64,000 nucleotides of DNA from Podarcis filfolensis. Lineage: Eukaryota. The translations under genes and the position numbers were made by a program. The stretch lies in NCBI GenBank assembly GCA_964270895.1, contig OZ185435.1; one strand, written 5' to 3'. The notes under the pieces are model-generated. The model saw only the letters and a list, made by a program, of their open reading frames with translations, did not search any database and was not told the origin of the DNA. Below, piece by piece: positions 48,317-61,500 of this stretch (position 1 is its first letter; each line of letters opens with the position of its first letter).

Positions 48317-51300
48317 TTTTTCCAGTTTACAACCAAGCAATTCAATTCATTCAGACATTCAAATCTCAATGAAAGATTTACTTAAGATTCAATTCTGTTT
48401 CACACTGTGAAAACTTGAGACCAGTTCCAGCATAGTTTCTTACTCATTTGTTTGATTGCACATTAAATGTGTACATCTTAATGCTTATCCACAATTGCTT
48501 CCAAGTTCTGAACTGGAATCTGGAGTTCAGAAAAGCCGTGAAGACACCTGGGACTTTAAGCCCAGTGTGCACTGAATTCTGGGGCCAAGGACCAGGGAAA
48601 GTACCTCACATCTCCAACAGTTAATATTATACCAGTGGGAGTTGTCTTGACGATGGTGGGATTAATCCACTGCCAATTTGCCATGGTCCCAATCCTGATC
48701 CCCTTTGCTATTTAGAGCTGGTGGGTTACCTTTTTTGAACTGAGTGCCACATTCATCATTGGACAGCCCTCTGGTGGCTCAGGGGTGACATTTGGTGTGG
48801 TCACCTTACTGCAGATATTAATATTGCACAGCTTGAAGCAACTGGATGCATAAAAACCTGACTCCTTTTGGAACAAAACATTGTCCAGACCCACAAATAT
48901 TGTTCAAAGCTTTACTAAGCAGAACTTCTTCAAAACAGATACAAAAAACATGGAAGATACATTTACATAATACCACAAGACATTTGCCCGTCCAAGGCAT
49001 AGGTTCATCTTCTTAGAAATAAAATAACTTATAACCAGAGCTGACAAACATAGCTCTCTATCACACACATAGGTTCCATTAGCCTGAGCTCCTGTTACAC
49101 TTCCTTCTCCCATGGAGCCTGGAAACAAAGAAAAATAGCCACAACTCTTCCAAGATGGCAAATTTGCAACTGAATGCCTTCATCAGAGTTAAACCCTCAG
49201 TTAATTATCAACTAGTTAGAGCTCAGAGAGCTCTCAGGATGCAGCCAGTGTTAGCAAGATACATTCAGACATCCTCAATTTCAGAGTCAATTAAACCATT
49301 ATACTTATGTCTACTCACAACTCTCTCTCCCCCACCCCACCCCTCACCCAGCCCTCCACCTTCAGCTGCTCTGGCAACAATTCTCTCTCCCTACTCAACT
49401 GATGAGGGAGATGTTCCCCATCTGGCCTCTGGGCTTTTTCTGCCTGCCATACTGACACATCTACTTTATTTTTTCATTTTTGCCACCACCAGCAAAATCA
49501 GGGAGGTCCTTGGCTGGGCCAGACCCTTGGCTCAGGTTTAGCCACCTCAGATTTAGAGTGCATTGGGATGGGGAGATTCACAGAAGTTGGGGCTGTGTTT
49601 TGCCCTGTTCAGCTATATTTTCATCTGTGAAGCAGAGATGTTATGGCCCATTTTTGCTTCTACTTTCCTGGAAATGAAGCAGCAACATGTACCAGAACTA
49701 GTTCTCATAGTCTACCACTGAAGTAACTAATACTGAGGAACAGGCCCTTCCATCTTTGTTCCTTTTCTTACTGAGAAACACACTGCATTTTATCTTTCCT
49801 CTAACAATTTGGCTCTTCTTTTCTTTTGGCATCATTGATTTTTACAGACATTCCCACCTTTTGAAAGCCATCAATTTCACAGCCTTTTATGGTTTTCTGT
49901 TGGCTGCCAGTGGCTTCCCCCACACTAGGCATCTTGAAACTGATCTCACCAGGGCTCTTGGATCAGGGACAAATCTTGGAGTGGGGCATCTAAGCATCAA
50001 GATCTCTTCAGTGCTTCCTCCAAGTATCCAAATCAAAGCAGAGCTAGGTCACAGTGACTTGTCACTTGCTAGTCTGACTGGTGCAACTGAGTTGTTACTT
50101 TTCTCTGTAAAATGAGATTTATTATCTGTTTACCCAAGACCCTTGAGCTGCTTGGGAAAACATATGTTGATTCTGCAAAAAGTTAATTATACTCAGATAC
50201 AGTAAGCATTTAGTGTTTGTAACAAAACAAAACAAAAAGAGCAAATGAAAACTACTTCTATTCCATAACTCTTAGATCTTCTCTTGTCTGAAATTGGTTT
50301 AACAAAGTATCTACTATATCAGTAATCTCAGTTACTGAAAAGCTCATTTTGTACTTTTGTATATCTCAATTAGAGTGTTTCCCTATGAAAAGAGCAAATA
50401 GTCTTTCACAACGGATATTCCCCATATACTAGGATTCATGTCTGTACCTTCTTGCAACTTCACTTTCCAGCAATGACAACTCGAAACATTTTTCAGTCCA
50501 GAGCAGATGCTAGCCAGCTTCTTGTCTGCTTTAGATTAGACTCCCACAGTTGATCTGGATTTGAATTATGGAAAGGGTTCTTGTATTCTCTTGAATACTC
50601 GCCACCAGCACCACCTCAAATACAAATTCTGGCCATGACCCAGAAAAGCATGCCGTTATTTCTTCATGTTCAAGCCACACACACCATGCCATGTGGAAAA
50701 CTCCTTTTGGAAAGAATGAGACATTTGAAAGGGACTCGTGCCCTGAGCCAGGCTTGCCCCAGTGCTTGGATGTGCCTAAAAAGAGGTATTTGGGTCTGAA
50801 TTACTGACATTATAGCTAAAGCTGTTATTAGTTTGGGTTTAACAACAAAAACACAATTCTTCAAGAAACTACAGCAGGAATTCACAATGTGCAAATGCAA
50901 GGCACGTAAACAAATTTCATTTTCACAGGATCATAGAACTGGAATGCAGGAATAGGCAGCAGTCCCATGCAGGAATCAAACCTGCAACCTTGGTGTTATC
51001 AGTACCACCCTCTAACCAACTGAGCTATCCAGGCTGAACTTAACTTGGTGTTATTTTTGTCATATATATTGTTAGCCTTTAAACAGGACACATCTTAAGA
51101 GGAATGTTTTTGGCATTAGCATTGCCCTGAGATATTAAGATTCTTAGCATTGAGATTGTTTTAGCAGAGAGGATACAGCCTCGTTTATACAGATATAGCA
51201 CATGTGTCAGAAATGCCGTGCTTTAGTTCCAAATGTTTGTAGTCTGCTTTCGTCATGAACTCGTTAAGCCTCACAATTGGGATTTATTAGGAAAGAGCCA

Positions 51301-52604
51301 AGCTTTCTTTAGCTGCAGAGATTCAAATACTGAGGTCTAATGAATTGTGCTGAGCTAAGGGGGTAATCTAATTATCCTAGCTACCTAAATGGCTTAGTCT
51401 TGGCCGTGATATAAGAGATAAGGTGAGTGTAACCCTATTATTCCTGCCATGTTCACAGTCGGGGGCAAATTCTGCGCTCTGGAGAGCTGTGCAGTCCCTT
51501 TGACCTATGGGAGGATTTAAGTAGAAGCAGAGCCCAAGAGCGGGGCTAAGCATGGTTTCAATTAGAGCCAACTCCAGAATAGAATTTCATTGCTACAGGA
51601 AATTCCACTGTGTTTGAAATTTTGTTTCTGCTCCAAGGGAAAAATAGAATATCAGACTCAAAGTTCTGAAGTGTTTCAGTGTAGACAAGAAAAATTCATC
51701 TGATTTTCTGTCATTGCTCACTGGGGATGTACCTTTTGTTTTGTTGCCTGGCAAAATTTTGATATAAATTTTGATAAAATTTAAACAGCAATAGGAGAAA
51801 CAGCCTTACTTTAGATTGCCTCAACAAATATTTGCCAAACCTAAATTTTAACTAACCAACCTTCTCGGGTAATGCTTAAACAACCCTCAGGTAGGCCCTT
51901 AAATCTAGGAAATTTTAAATAAATTTGTTAGGGTGGTTATAGCCTCTTCCTCCCAGTCTGCTCTGGGGGGGGGCTCCAGTCCAGCAGATTTCATGGGAAA
52001 GTGGGGTGCAGGTGGAGGAACAGTCACCAAAAATGGCCTCCCCCCTTCCACTGATGGATGCACCTTGGCTTTCAGTCCCTGGAGGCTTTTAAGCAGAGCT
52101 TGGCTGGCCACCTGTCCTGGATGCTTTAGCTGAGATTCTTGCATTGGCGGGGGTTGGACTACAGGACCTTTGGGGTCCCCTCCAACTCAAAGATTCTAGG
52201 ATTCCGTGAAGGGACACCAACCAGGTACCAACCTTAGCCTTTGCAACAGAAGACGTTTTGCTATATTTGCTGCGACGGACTCACATGGCAGACTCTGGAA
52301 TTTGACAGTTTTATCCCGCTTATTACGCAGCTCCCCGGCATAGCCCTTGAAGTGGTTTGCAACAACTTTCAAACAATAAACTGCAATGCAATCTAACAAT
52401 GCAAACAGCCATTACCTGAATCACAACACATTCGTGCAAAAAACATTTAGGAGCCACACCCACCTCTGAAGGAGTAGCTGGTAATGAAAGCTAAACAATG
52501 ATGATGTCAGCTATCTCTTGTGTAATCACAGCAAAACAGCGAGAGGCGCCTCTCCTGTGGATCTCAATGCACAGGCAAGCAGGTTTAGGCATCTGTTAAT
52601 CACA

Positions 52605-52940
52605 GCGGGTGGCGCTGTGGGTTAAACCACAGAGCCTAGGACTTGCTGATCAGAAGATCGGCAGTTCGAATCCCCGCAACAAGGTGAGCTCCCATTGCTC
52701 GGTCCTTGCTTATGCCAACCTAGCAGTTCGAAGTGCAAGTAGATAAATAGGTACCGCTCCGGCGGGAAGGTAAACGGCATTTCCGTGCACTGCTCTGGTT
52801 TGCCAGAAGCGGCTTAGTCAGGCTGGCCACATGACCTGGAAGCTGTATGCTGGCTCCCTCAGCCAATAAAGCGAGATGAGCATCGCAACCCCAGAGTCGG
52901 TCACGACTGGACCTAACGGTCAGGGGTCCCTTTACCTTTA
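52605..52940 (+). mobile_element. Sauria SINE
   Basis: Same family as 12399; ACCTTT tail. Confidence 0.9.
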
Positions 52941-52969
52941 CTAGTCATTAAGATGCTAGGAGATGCTTA

Positions 52970-53148
52970 CAGGGGTGCCAACTTGATTAAAAAGGGGGGG
53001 AGGTAAGCCCCACTCCACATAATTGATCACAAGACATGGTGCATGCGCACCATTTGAATGGCAGTGCCCATCAATTTGTGGTGTATCCCTCTCAACTATT
53101 TTACTGGGGGGGGGCAAAGGGACCTCGGCCCCTAGGAGTTGGCTTCTG
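52970..53148. mobile_element. Probable hAT-like MITE
   Basis: CAGGGGTGCCAACT...AGTTGGCTTCTG imperfect TIRs; no convincing TSD. Confidence 0.4.
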
Positions 53149-54595
53149 CACTTCAGAATTGCACGAGGAGCTTCCGACAAAATGTTGCCGCATGGAGTGT
53201 CAGGTGCTTCGGTCCAGCTGACCAGTCATTTGTTTTTCAGATATACTCAGTGACATTTATGCTGTCCTTGGTTCCTTACCCCCCACCTCTCACCCCACAG
53301 CAATCAAACAGCATTCTGTCCTCAGTCATCTCATTTGATGAGTTCCCCCCCAGCTTTCTTTCTGATAATTTTTAAACTTATTCAAACCTTGGGGTTTTCC
53401 CAAACTACCTACACCTGCCACTTGTTTGTGGGTGCGGCCCTTTCGGCTACCTAAAAATGGGCTCTCGGAGCAGGAGTCCACTAGCGTTATGCGCCAGGAA
53501 ATGACCTATCCAGACAACGCATCATTTGTCTCTTCTCTCCTTCGCATCCCTGTACGTCTCTTCCTCTGTCCTTTCCCAGGATACGCCATTCCTTTTCCTC
53601 TCCCAACTGGTTTCCCATTTTCCCTTCTCTCAGCAATTCAGCATTCAGGCCGAAGGGGCAGGGTGTGCCAACACTCCTCACAAACCCGCAACGCTCCCTC
53701 TTGCACCACGTGAACCTCAGGGGATGCAACCTCGGTGCGCATGGGGCGGGCTGCGTGAATGACCCTTATATGAACAGGAAAAAGGACCATGTATTTGGAG
53801 GAAAGCTGGGATAGGAATGAAGGAAGGGAAGCACTTCTCATAAGCTCATTTGTTTTAATTGAAAACTGAAAAAGAGCTTTTAAAAATTAGTGGCTAAACC
53901 TAGGTGAGTAGAATATTCTGACACAAGCTGAACTACAGAGGAGTTTCAGCCCCATGACTGTCATTTCCCACAGCAGATGGAGGAGGAACCGGCCCATCCC
54001 AAAATATCCCCACCAGCACAGACCACCCATACCCTCTGCCAGCCCTCCCCTCATCTCCTCTCCCAACCCACAAGGGGAGATGTCTCTGGTCTTCATTCAG
54101 CCCTGGAAAGAAATTACATCCAGCAAATCCTAAACTGGAACCATGGCAGAGAGAACTCATATTTCTGATGCCCTTTAATCTGCCACAAAGCCTCTTGTGC
54201 TAGACTTTACAAAGTATTTGTTTCTCTGGTTTTCCATCTGAAAGATTGCCAGCTTCATCTGGTTAATTTGTCAAAAGATTTGATCAATGTTGTGCTTGCT
54301 TCTAGCTGGACTCGGTTGCTGAAAACTCACTTCAGAATTTCATGAAACATTGCCAGGCTGTATATTAAGATCCATTAGAAAATATTTTCAATTAAGGATA
54401 TGGATTACAGCATTACTTTGACCCTAGCCAATTTTACAATCATCTTTCCCAGTGTGCTTTAATCTGCTATGCTATGCAGATCCATATGGTAAAAATTATT
54501 CATGAGGGAATTAATAAAAAATGAGGCAATTAATCACAAAAGCATAAGAAGCATAAGAGGCCCTACTGTAAAAGCACTCAGGGTGTCTATTGTCC

Positions 54596-54596
<1 letters not shown>

Positions 54597-54641
<45 letters not shown>
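54597..54641. repeat. (TTA)n microsatellite
   Basis: Read directly; probably the tail of a minus-strand LINE. Confidence 0.95.
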
Positions 54642-54643
<2 letters not shown>

Positions 54644-54799
54644 ATTTATATACTGCCCTATACCCACAGGTCTCAGGTATTCATCATCATAGAATAATAA
54701 TATATACATTATTTTAGTTATAAATAAAAATAATCAAGAAATACATAGGCAGCAGTAAATGTACCCTTCAAGCATTTTTAACCAATGCAAATGACAAAG

Positions 54800-55175
54800 G
54801 GTGGGCAAAGAGGGCAAACGGCCTCGGCCCAGAAGGAGCGTCTCCACCCCCATCATTCTGTCCAGACACTGAGGTCCAGCGCTGAGGGCCTTCTGGCGGT
54901 TCCCTCCCTGCGAGAAGTGAGGTTACAGGGAACCAGGCAGAGGGCCTTCTTGGTAGTGGCGCCAGCCCTGTAGAACACCCCTCCCACCAGATGTCAAAGA
55001 GAAAAACAACTAGCAGACTTTTAGAAGGCATCTGAAGGCAGCCCTGTTTAGGGAAGCTTTTAATGTTTAATAGACTATTGTATTTTAATATTCTGTTGAA
55101 AGCCGCCCAGAGTGGCTGGGGAAACCCAGCCAGACGGGTGGGGTATAAATAATAAATTATTAGTATTATTATTAC
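54800..55175 (+). mobile_element. L2-type LINE 3' end
   Basis: LREVRLQGTRQRAFLVVAPAL-type ORF2 terminus plus the 3' tail shared with 44750. Confidence 0.7.
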
Positions 55176-55259
55176 TATTATAGCTGGATGCCAAAGAGAG
55201 CAGTGAGGCATCTGGGCAAACAGATTTGGTGGAAACAAAAAAATTTTTTTCCTTCCAGT

Positions 55260-55383
55260 AGCACCTTAAAGACCAACTAAGTTAGTTCTTGGTATGAGCT
55301 TTCGTGTGCATGCACACTTCTTCAGATACACATGCACACGAAAGCTCATACCAAGAACTAACTTAGTTGGTCTTTAAGGTGCT
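55260..55383. mobile_element. Penelope-like pseudo-LTR relic forming a perfect 53-bp inverted repeat
   Basis: 55260-55312 is the exact reverse complement of 55331-55383; 18-nt spacer. The Penelope assignment rests on the hammerhead-like core and inverted pLTR layout. Confidence 0.75.
55292..55329 (-). ncRNA. Minimal type I hammerhead ribozyme motif
   Basis: GUAU-CUGAAGA-A-GUGUGCAUGCACAC-GAAA-GCUC-AUAC: core, stem II, palindromic AGCU stem III and 4-bp stem I. Activity untested. Confidence 0.6.
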
Positions 55384-56520
55384 GCATTCAAACTTCATAT
55401 AAAACTCAAACTTTGGAAGTTATTGGGAAAGGCAGTTAAACTTGCACAATCTGGACATTCCTCCCTTCCCACTTAACAAATAAAAAACTTTATGGTTCAC
55501 CTTCCAATGGAACAAGTCCGAGTCCTTGTTATTCCTTCATTCTCCCCTTAAGCCCCCCTTTTAGGCATAATGCATGGAAGTCTGTATTAATGAAAGATGC
55601 AGTTCTTCCACAGCTGGACTTGGGCTATGTAAGCATTGTTTTCATGGTGTTCCTGGGAAGAATATATTAGCACAAAATTGTCGTAATCTGATATAGCAAA
55701 CTGCAATGTATATTTTCACCAAAAATGCTACTACTCTCCTGCTCTTAAAGCCACCGTCCCAGAATATTGTTGTTAAATAAAATACTAATGTCCTGATCCA
55801 CCAACTGCACATTGCTCCTCTGTAGCAGGGATGTTAGGGAAAAGAAAGGGGGGTGGGGAGGACTTTGAGAAATGAAATAAAACATATGGAATCCGCAAAC
55901 CATAGAGCAGCTTTCTCCTTTACCCCATGTGCCTTGATTGGGGTAACAGATTTGTAGTTTTTGGGAACTTGAGTGTCGAACCCTTGTGTGAAAAGCCTGA
56001 AAAAGATTACCTATAAATAATCTGGCATTGTTGAGTCCAGTATTTCCACTGCACATTTACAGTGTGAAGAAATTTATATTACTCACTTCATTTATCTTCG
56101 CAAAAACCTTTTTCCCATTTAGCTCACAAAAGGGTAGCAAGTTAAAGTATACAAGTTTATAACTGATCTGGAACTTAAATCAAGGCCTCCCAGTCTCAGT
56201 ACATGGTGTATCAGTTCACATGGACAATCTGCAAGTGCAAAAAACACAAAAAAAAACTCACATTTATCATCTTGCAAAACAAACTCATTTGGGTTATTCT
56301 GGTAATATTACAAGGCTTGTCTTGTTATTTTTTAATGGATTAAAATTAGCTGTGCTGCTGTTTTTGCTTTTGTTTTATTGCAGTGGCTGGGACTGCAGAT
56401 CTGCTGATTTCTCCATCTAGGGGCAAAGGTGGCGGAAGCTATTCTGCACTTTCTCTTTAGCTGCTAAGAAAACTGTGGTGGCGGGCTCTATCCTATGCTG
56501 TCGTCTTTCCTTTCTCTTAG

Positions 56521-56604
56521 ATTCTTGACCTGAACAAACGCATGTCAGCTGTCGAGCGCATGCTGAACCGTCTTGAGGAGAAGATCCTGGTTCACCCAGA
56601 TGAG
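56521..56604 (+). CDS. MLPH: Melanophilin exon 10 (84 nt, symmetric)
   Basis: tttctcttag|ILDLNKRMSAVERMLNRLEEKILVHPDE|gtaaac, similar to mammalian IFELNKHISAVECLLTYLE. Confidence 0.93.
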
Positions 56605-57547
56605 GTAAACTCAGGAAAGAGGACTCCCCTCCCCCCCCCCGGAGGTTGTCCATCCTATTATATCATAAAGGGAGTGTTTTGGATATTGTGACCCTCAGAG
56701 AAGACTAGCATTCACTTCCTTTTGGGGAATAATGGGTGAATAGTTCATCTCCTTCTTCCTCCATTTGTCTGGTCCTCGCACACCTCACTGTGGTCCATGT
56801 CAACCATCCATTGGCAAAATGGAAAAATAAGAAGATCAGAAAACCCAGAAAACATTAGTTTCCCATCCTGAGAAAGCATCATGTCGGAAGCTGATCACCT
56901 CGTTCAGAATTCATCATGGAGATCCCCCCTTTCCAAGAACTTGCCCTGACACAACAAATTCAGCTGAAAACACTAACTATGTGAACTAATAGTGCTATTT
57001 TTCTAGAAAAAGAGGTGCTGAAACTCACCGTGAACACCTCCCTTATTCTTTTAGAATGGCAAAGGTGCTGGAACTCTGTTCCAGTGAGTTGTGGCTGGGG
57101 AAAAAGCCCTGGCTATAACAGGTTTCCTCACCCACTTCGGCCTGCTGGATATGGTGCACAGACAGGTTGGTTGTTGCCAAACACTAATCGCATGCGCTGG
57201 GTGCTCCAAACCTTTAGAACAGGTGAGCAATTAAAGGCATGCATTGGCCATGTCATGTGGAGTGAGAACTGCCTTGGAGACGTTGTGTGTGACAGGACCA
57301 GCACCCAAGAAGGCTGCAGCTGCTGCAAGTGTAACTTTTCTCTGTGCTTTTAATAGGTGTTTGGCACTGTTTTTTTGTTAGTGATTTTTTTCAGCAGCAG
57401 CTATGCTGCCCATTTCATGTATAAGTGGAAGACAACCCCTATTTTATGTCCCCACATTGAAACTACTTAATGGGCAGGTGGCGTGGTGTGGTTCTTCTTC
57501 ATTTCCACACCACCGAGTTAAATGTTCAGTGAAGGCAAAAAACTGGA

Positions 57548-57548
<1 letters not shown>

Positions 57549-57594
<46 letters not shown>
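57549..57594. repeat. (CTTT)n microsatellite
   Basis: Read directly. Confidence 0.95.
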
Positions 57595-58364
57595 TTCTGC
57601 AAAAGGGAAATGTGTGAGCCCAATGAACACGCTCGGATTGGCTGTCATTGCATTCACGTAACAACAGAGAGCTCACTCTGTGGTCGCTATGCCACATGGT
57701 CATGTATTTATGAAGGCCAGAAAAAGTCCTTGGTCTCTGCAGATTATAATTTATCAACAAAGGAAAACTTTCTCCCAATGTGGCTCAGGTTGCAAAACTT
57801 TCCATAGATAGGAGTTTGTAAATATGGGGGGGGGTGATTGCAGTTTGAAATGATGAGAGTTGGTTAGTCCTTGTTTCCAGGCTTTAGAGCTCATCATTTT
57901 CACCTTGTGATACTTACTAAAGAGGCTGCCACTGACTCCGTGGCAGGGTGGGTGAGAACAAATAAATGCAAGTTCAGAACTTGCCATGGGAAATCAGGTG
58001 GGTGGGCAGGCAAGGCATGGGGCTTGGAGAGGGACGAAAGGTCTCCAAGACAGACTGGCCGGGGGAGGGATGCATGGAGGTGGACAGGTGGACAAGCGAG
58101 CAAGTGCCAGCCTGACACCTAGAGGCCCCCTCAGCTGGGCAGCCAAGCTGCTCACTTTCCTGCCTAGTCAGCCTCAGCAGGGAAAGCAATAGAACCCCAG
58201 GTTCAGGAACAGTCTACCTCTGAACACTAGGCAGGGCACCATGTTCTTGTTCTGCTCAAGTGGGAAAAAGTCTTGGGTTGGTCCTGAGGCACATTAAAGC
58301 ATGAACTGGATGGCTGAAGTAAACTGAGTATTGCTGGTCTGTCTGTCTGTCTGTTTGTTGCTAG

Positions 58365-58571
58365 CCTCCAGCTCCTGAGTCCCCTACTGATCCTAGCATA
58401 GAAGAGAAGGAACTGAGGAGGAAACTAGAAGAGCTGGCAAGAAACATCAGTGACAAAGCTGTTTCTTCTGACGAAGAAGAGGAGGAGAAGGAGGAGGGCA
58501 GAATGAAGCAGGAAGGGTCCATACCAGAAATAAGCTCGTCTAGCGATGACCCGCCTACTGATGCCAAGAAG
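58365..58571 (+). CDS. MLPH: Melanophilin exon 11 (coiled coil and acidic stretch); last coding exon found in window
   Basis: [44 protein letters not shown]...AKK|gtatgg, similar to mammalian [27 protein letters not shown]. Confidence 0.94.
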
Positions 58572-61500
58572 GTATGGTCTTCCTTGCATTTGGCTTTCTT
58601 TTCCTTCTGCTTGTTATATTTTATGGAAAGTAGTCTTCATGCATCTAAGCTAACCTGCCTTCTGGTATGATCAGCCTAACTCATCTAGCTAGTTGCTATA
58701 ATGCAGGGCTTGGGGTGGATTCAAACCGCCTAATTGTGCATCTTGCAGGTGATGATTGCAATCTCCACTGAAATTGTCCATATGATTGCATTGATGATTC
58801 TGCAAGGGGGGGGGGATGATATTCATCATCACCATGTGGGCAATAAGGTTTTGCAAATCCACCCTTGAGTCCTACTAACAAATAATGCTTAGGGTCACAC
58901 CAGATGTGGCATTGGGAGATTTATGAACATATCTCATAGTGTTTGGATAGCAGTCATGGGGGTCTATGGCCCTGGGGTGTTTGCATTTAATCTTTCCCTC
59001 CACTGAATTTCCCCAGTTTTTGTCCCAGTTTTTGCCTGGTGCTGTTACTGGTTCCCACTCTCCCCCAGGACCCCTGCTCAGTCCTGCAACAGGAGAGCTC
59101 AAAAATGCATTACCATCCACCAACCATCCGGCAGATGTATCCATGAATGGGTTCCATGCTCCAGGGGTGTCCATTTTCACCATCTCAGTTTTATGAGATC
59201 TTGCCATTAGCTGCCACCAATCCTCTGGTGGCCGTAGCAGGGTCTGGTGGGGCACCACCCCATGGGATCCGGCCATCTGAGGCGGCTGCTTCAGTCTGCT
59301 CTCGCCAGGTCACTATCCCTCAGAACTCCCTCTCTCACCCAAGAGGCTGGCTTAAGCGCCAAGAAACCATCCTGGTGGTTCCTGGCACTCACTCCAGAAT
59401 CACATCCATTGTCCTGTGTTGCAGCCCCACTTGGATCCAGGGCCTCCCCAGAACTGCTATTCCACTTTGAAATACCAAGTGGAATCTCTGATCGCTGGCC
59501 TCTTGATACCGCATCTAGTTGCACCCTAAAAGCTGGGATCCTAACAGTACTTACTGTGAGCGAAGCCCCATTTGAAACCTGCAGGACTGACTTTTGAAGA
59601 GAGACTGGCTGTTTAGTATGTTTACAAAATGGTTCATGATCCTCACTCCATGCATGTTACATATATTGTGTTTCAAGCAAACAGTTAAACTTAATGTCAG
59701 CCTTTTATTCTCAGGCATTTGCATGTCGGAGCTCAAGGGTTCTCCAACTTCCCATGACTACATATGAGTAAAACAACTAAGAATCTAAACACATCTAATA
59801 AATCTATCAAACTCTGTAGGACTTCCTTCTGAGTAAATGTGCTCTATAAATTTTCAGCTTTGCCAGATCCATTAGCCTAGTCAGGAATGTTATTCTTCTT
59901 AAACTGAAAAGCCTTTGCCAAACAAATGGTTTTTGCCATTGCTAAAACACTGCTCTAAGCCGTTACTATCTCCATGCAGTGATTAATGAGGCATTTCCGT
60001 CTCTGACTCCAAGAGTCTATGGACCCGTATTGATAGTTTTGGCCAATATGTGTCTGGTTGTAACACATGAAGGACAAGGAAAGATTCAAGTGTAATTTTA
60101 AAATGGAGGAGTGTGTGCCTGGCATCTTTGTGAGCACTTTTCCTTTTGAGGGGCTACATTAACACAAAATGCAAAAAGTTGCATTCCTTTGGGTTTCTAA
60201 TGGCTTCTTTGTCAATCCTGCCCTGTTTGATTGTTTCCGAGTCTCATTCTGCCCCCCTGAATGAACAGTCATAGCACTGATCTTGAGCCAGGCTCTCTAT
60301 ATCACTCTCTGAAAGGCGACTTTCATCTTCATCTAAGAGCAGGAGCTTTTTTCTCATGAGATCTTTCATGTTGTTCATCTGCAGCTTGTGGGGTTGGGCT
60401 AAAAGATTTTCAAAAATGTAGAGACTCGGAAGAGAAAATGATGAGATGCTAGTGAGAGGGGTAATTAGTAGATATTTGAGATAGGCTACTGACTCCTACA
60501 AACACACAAACATCCAATTCAGAAATTGCTCAGATGAACAGAAGTAATTTTTCTTCGTATCTGAACTTAAATTAAAATTAGTGTTTTGAACTTCTGAAAT
60601 ATCCCTCATTATCCCCCCCCCCTCCCAGGCACACATTGCTGCATTTCAAAGACACAGCAGTATTTTCTGTTGGGATACTGCCAGGGAGATAATATCCATC
60701 TGAGGCCCCAAGCTCGGTGCCGGACGATCCATCGACCTCCCGTAGTCACGCAGTATCAGCAATTTAGCGACACTAAGCCTCTGGCTTAGTGCACACTCTT
60801 AACAGCAGAATTCACACAGCAAAAGTTGCACAGCAGGACAGCATATTTACAGTTTATTTTGCGTAGGTCAGAACAAAAGAAGACATGACCGTCTGCTCCG
60901 ACTGCTCAGGCAAAAACAGCAGAAAACGAAAGGAACAGATAACATAAACATCCTGTGAACAGGAAATACGCAGGCTGTGACACAAACATCCTGCTCCCTT
61001 TTAAGGTGGAACGGAAATATCCTAACATTTTCTACCACCTGGAGCAGGAGTTGAGCTGACCTGGGCATCCAGTTCCAAAGTCTCTGCCCAAGTCTAGCAT
61101 TGCCAACAAGCCCAGATCAAATCTGGCCAGAAAAAAGACTCTGGGGAATGGAAATCTGATCCAGATGAATCCCCAGGAGCCATAATTCCAAACCTGCCAG
61201 CAGATTCCAATATATTCTGTAATTTGACAGTGACTCTGTTCAATATTAATTCAACATAAAAAAAATCACAAGGTACAACCCCACCTCGGATTTGCACATC
61301 TTTAATTGGAATCATAGAATCCCCTCCAGAAGATGGCGGACGCAGTGCCTAGAGTGCCCCTTCTTAAACAGGCCAAGGTGGGTGCAGCATTCATGCTCTG
61401 CTTCCTTGGTAGTGTTCAGGGTGCTGCTGAAGTCTGTACCAGGCAGTTTCGTCTTGCTAGAGGGCCCAGCAGCGTCATGTTGAGATCTCTGGAGATTCTT

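Noticed and set aside
47892-48410. 172-aa plus-strand ORF
   Set aside because: Antisense shadow ORF of the BovB fragment.
53634-53762. Strong acceptor (ttcccttctctcag) as an extra MLPH exon
   Set aside because: The phase-0 frame hits TGA at 53760 with no convincing donor before it, and exons 9 and 10 already join in frame.
21072-58571. Alternative identification as MYRIP or a synaptotagmin-like protein
   Set aside because: They share the SHD, but the KRLLSV..FDFE, ADLDTSEED and RRKLEEL..NISD motifs and the exon pattern match MLPH.
60771-60791. 9-bp perfect palindrome CACTAAGCC-tct-GGCTTAGTG next to a small CpG patch
   Set aside because: Too short to be meaningful alone; probably a decayed palindromic transposon remnant.
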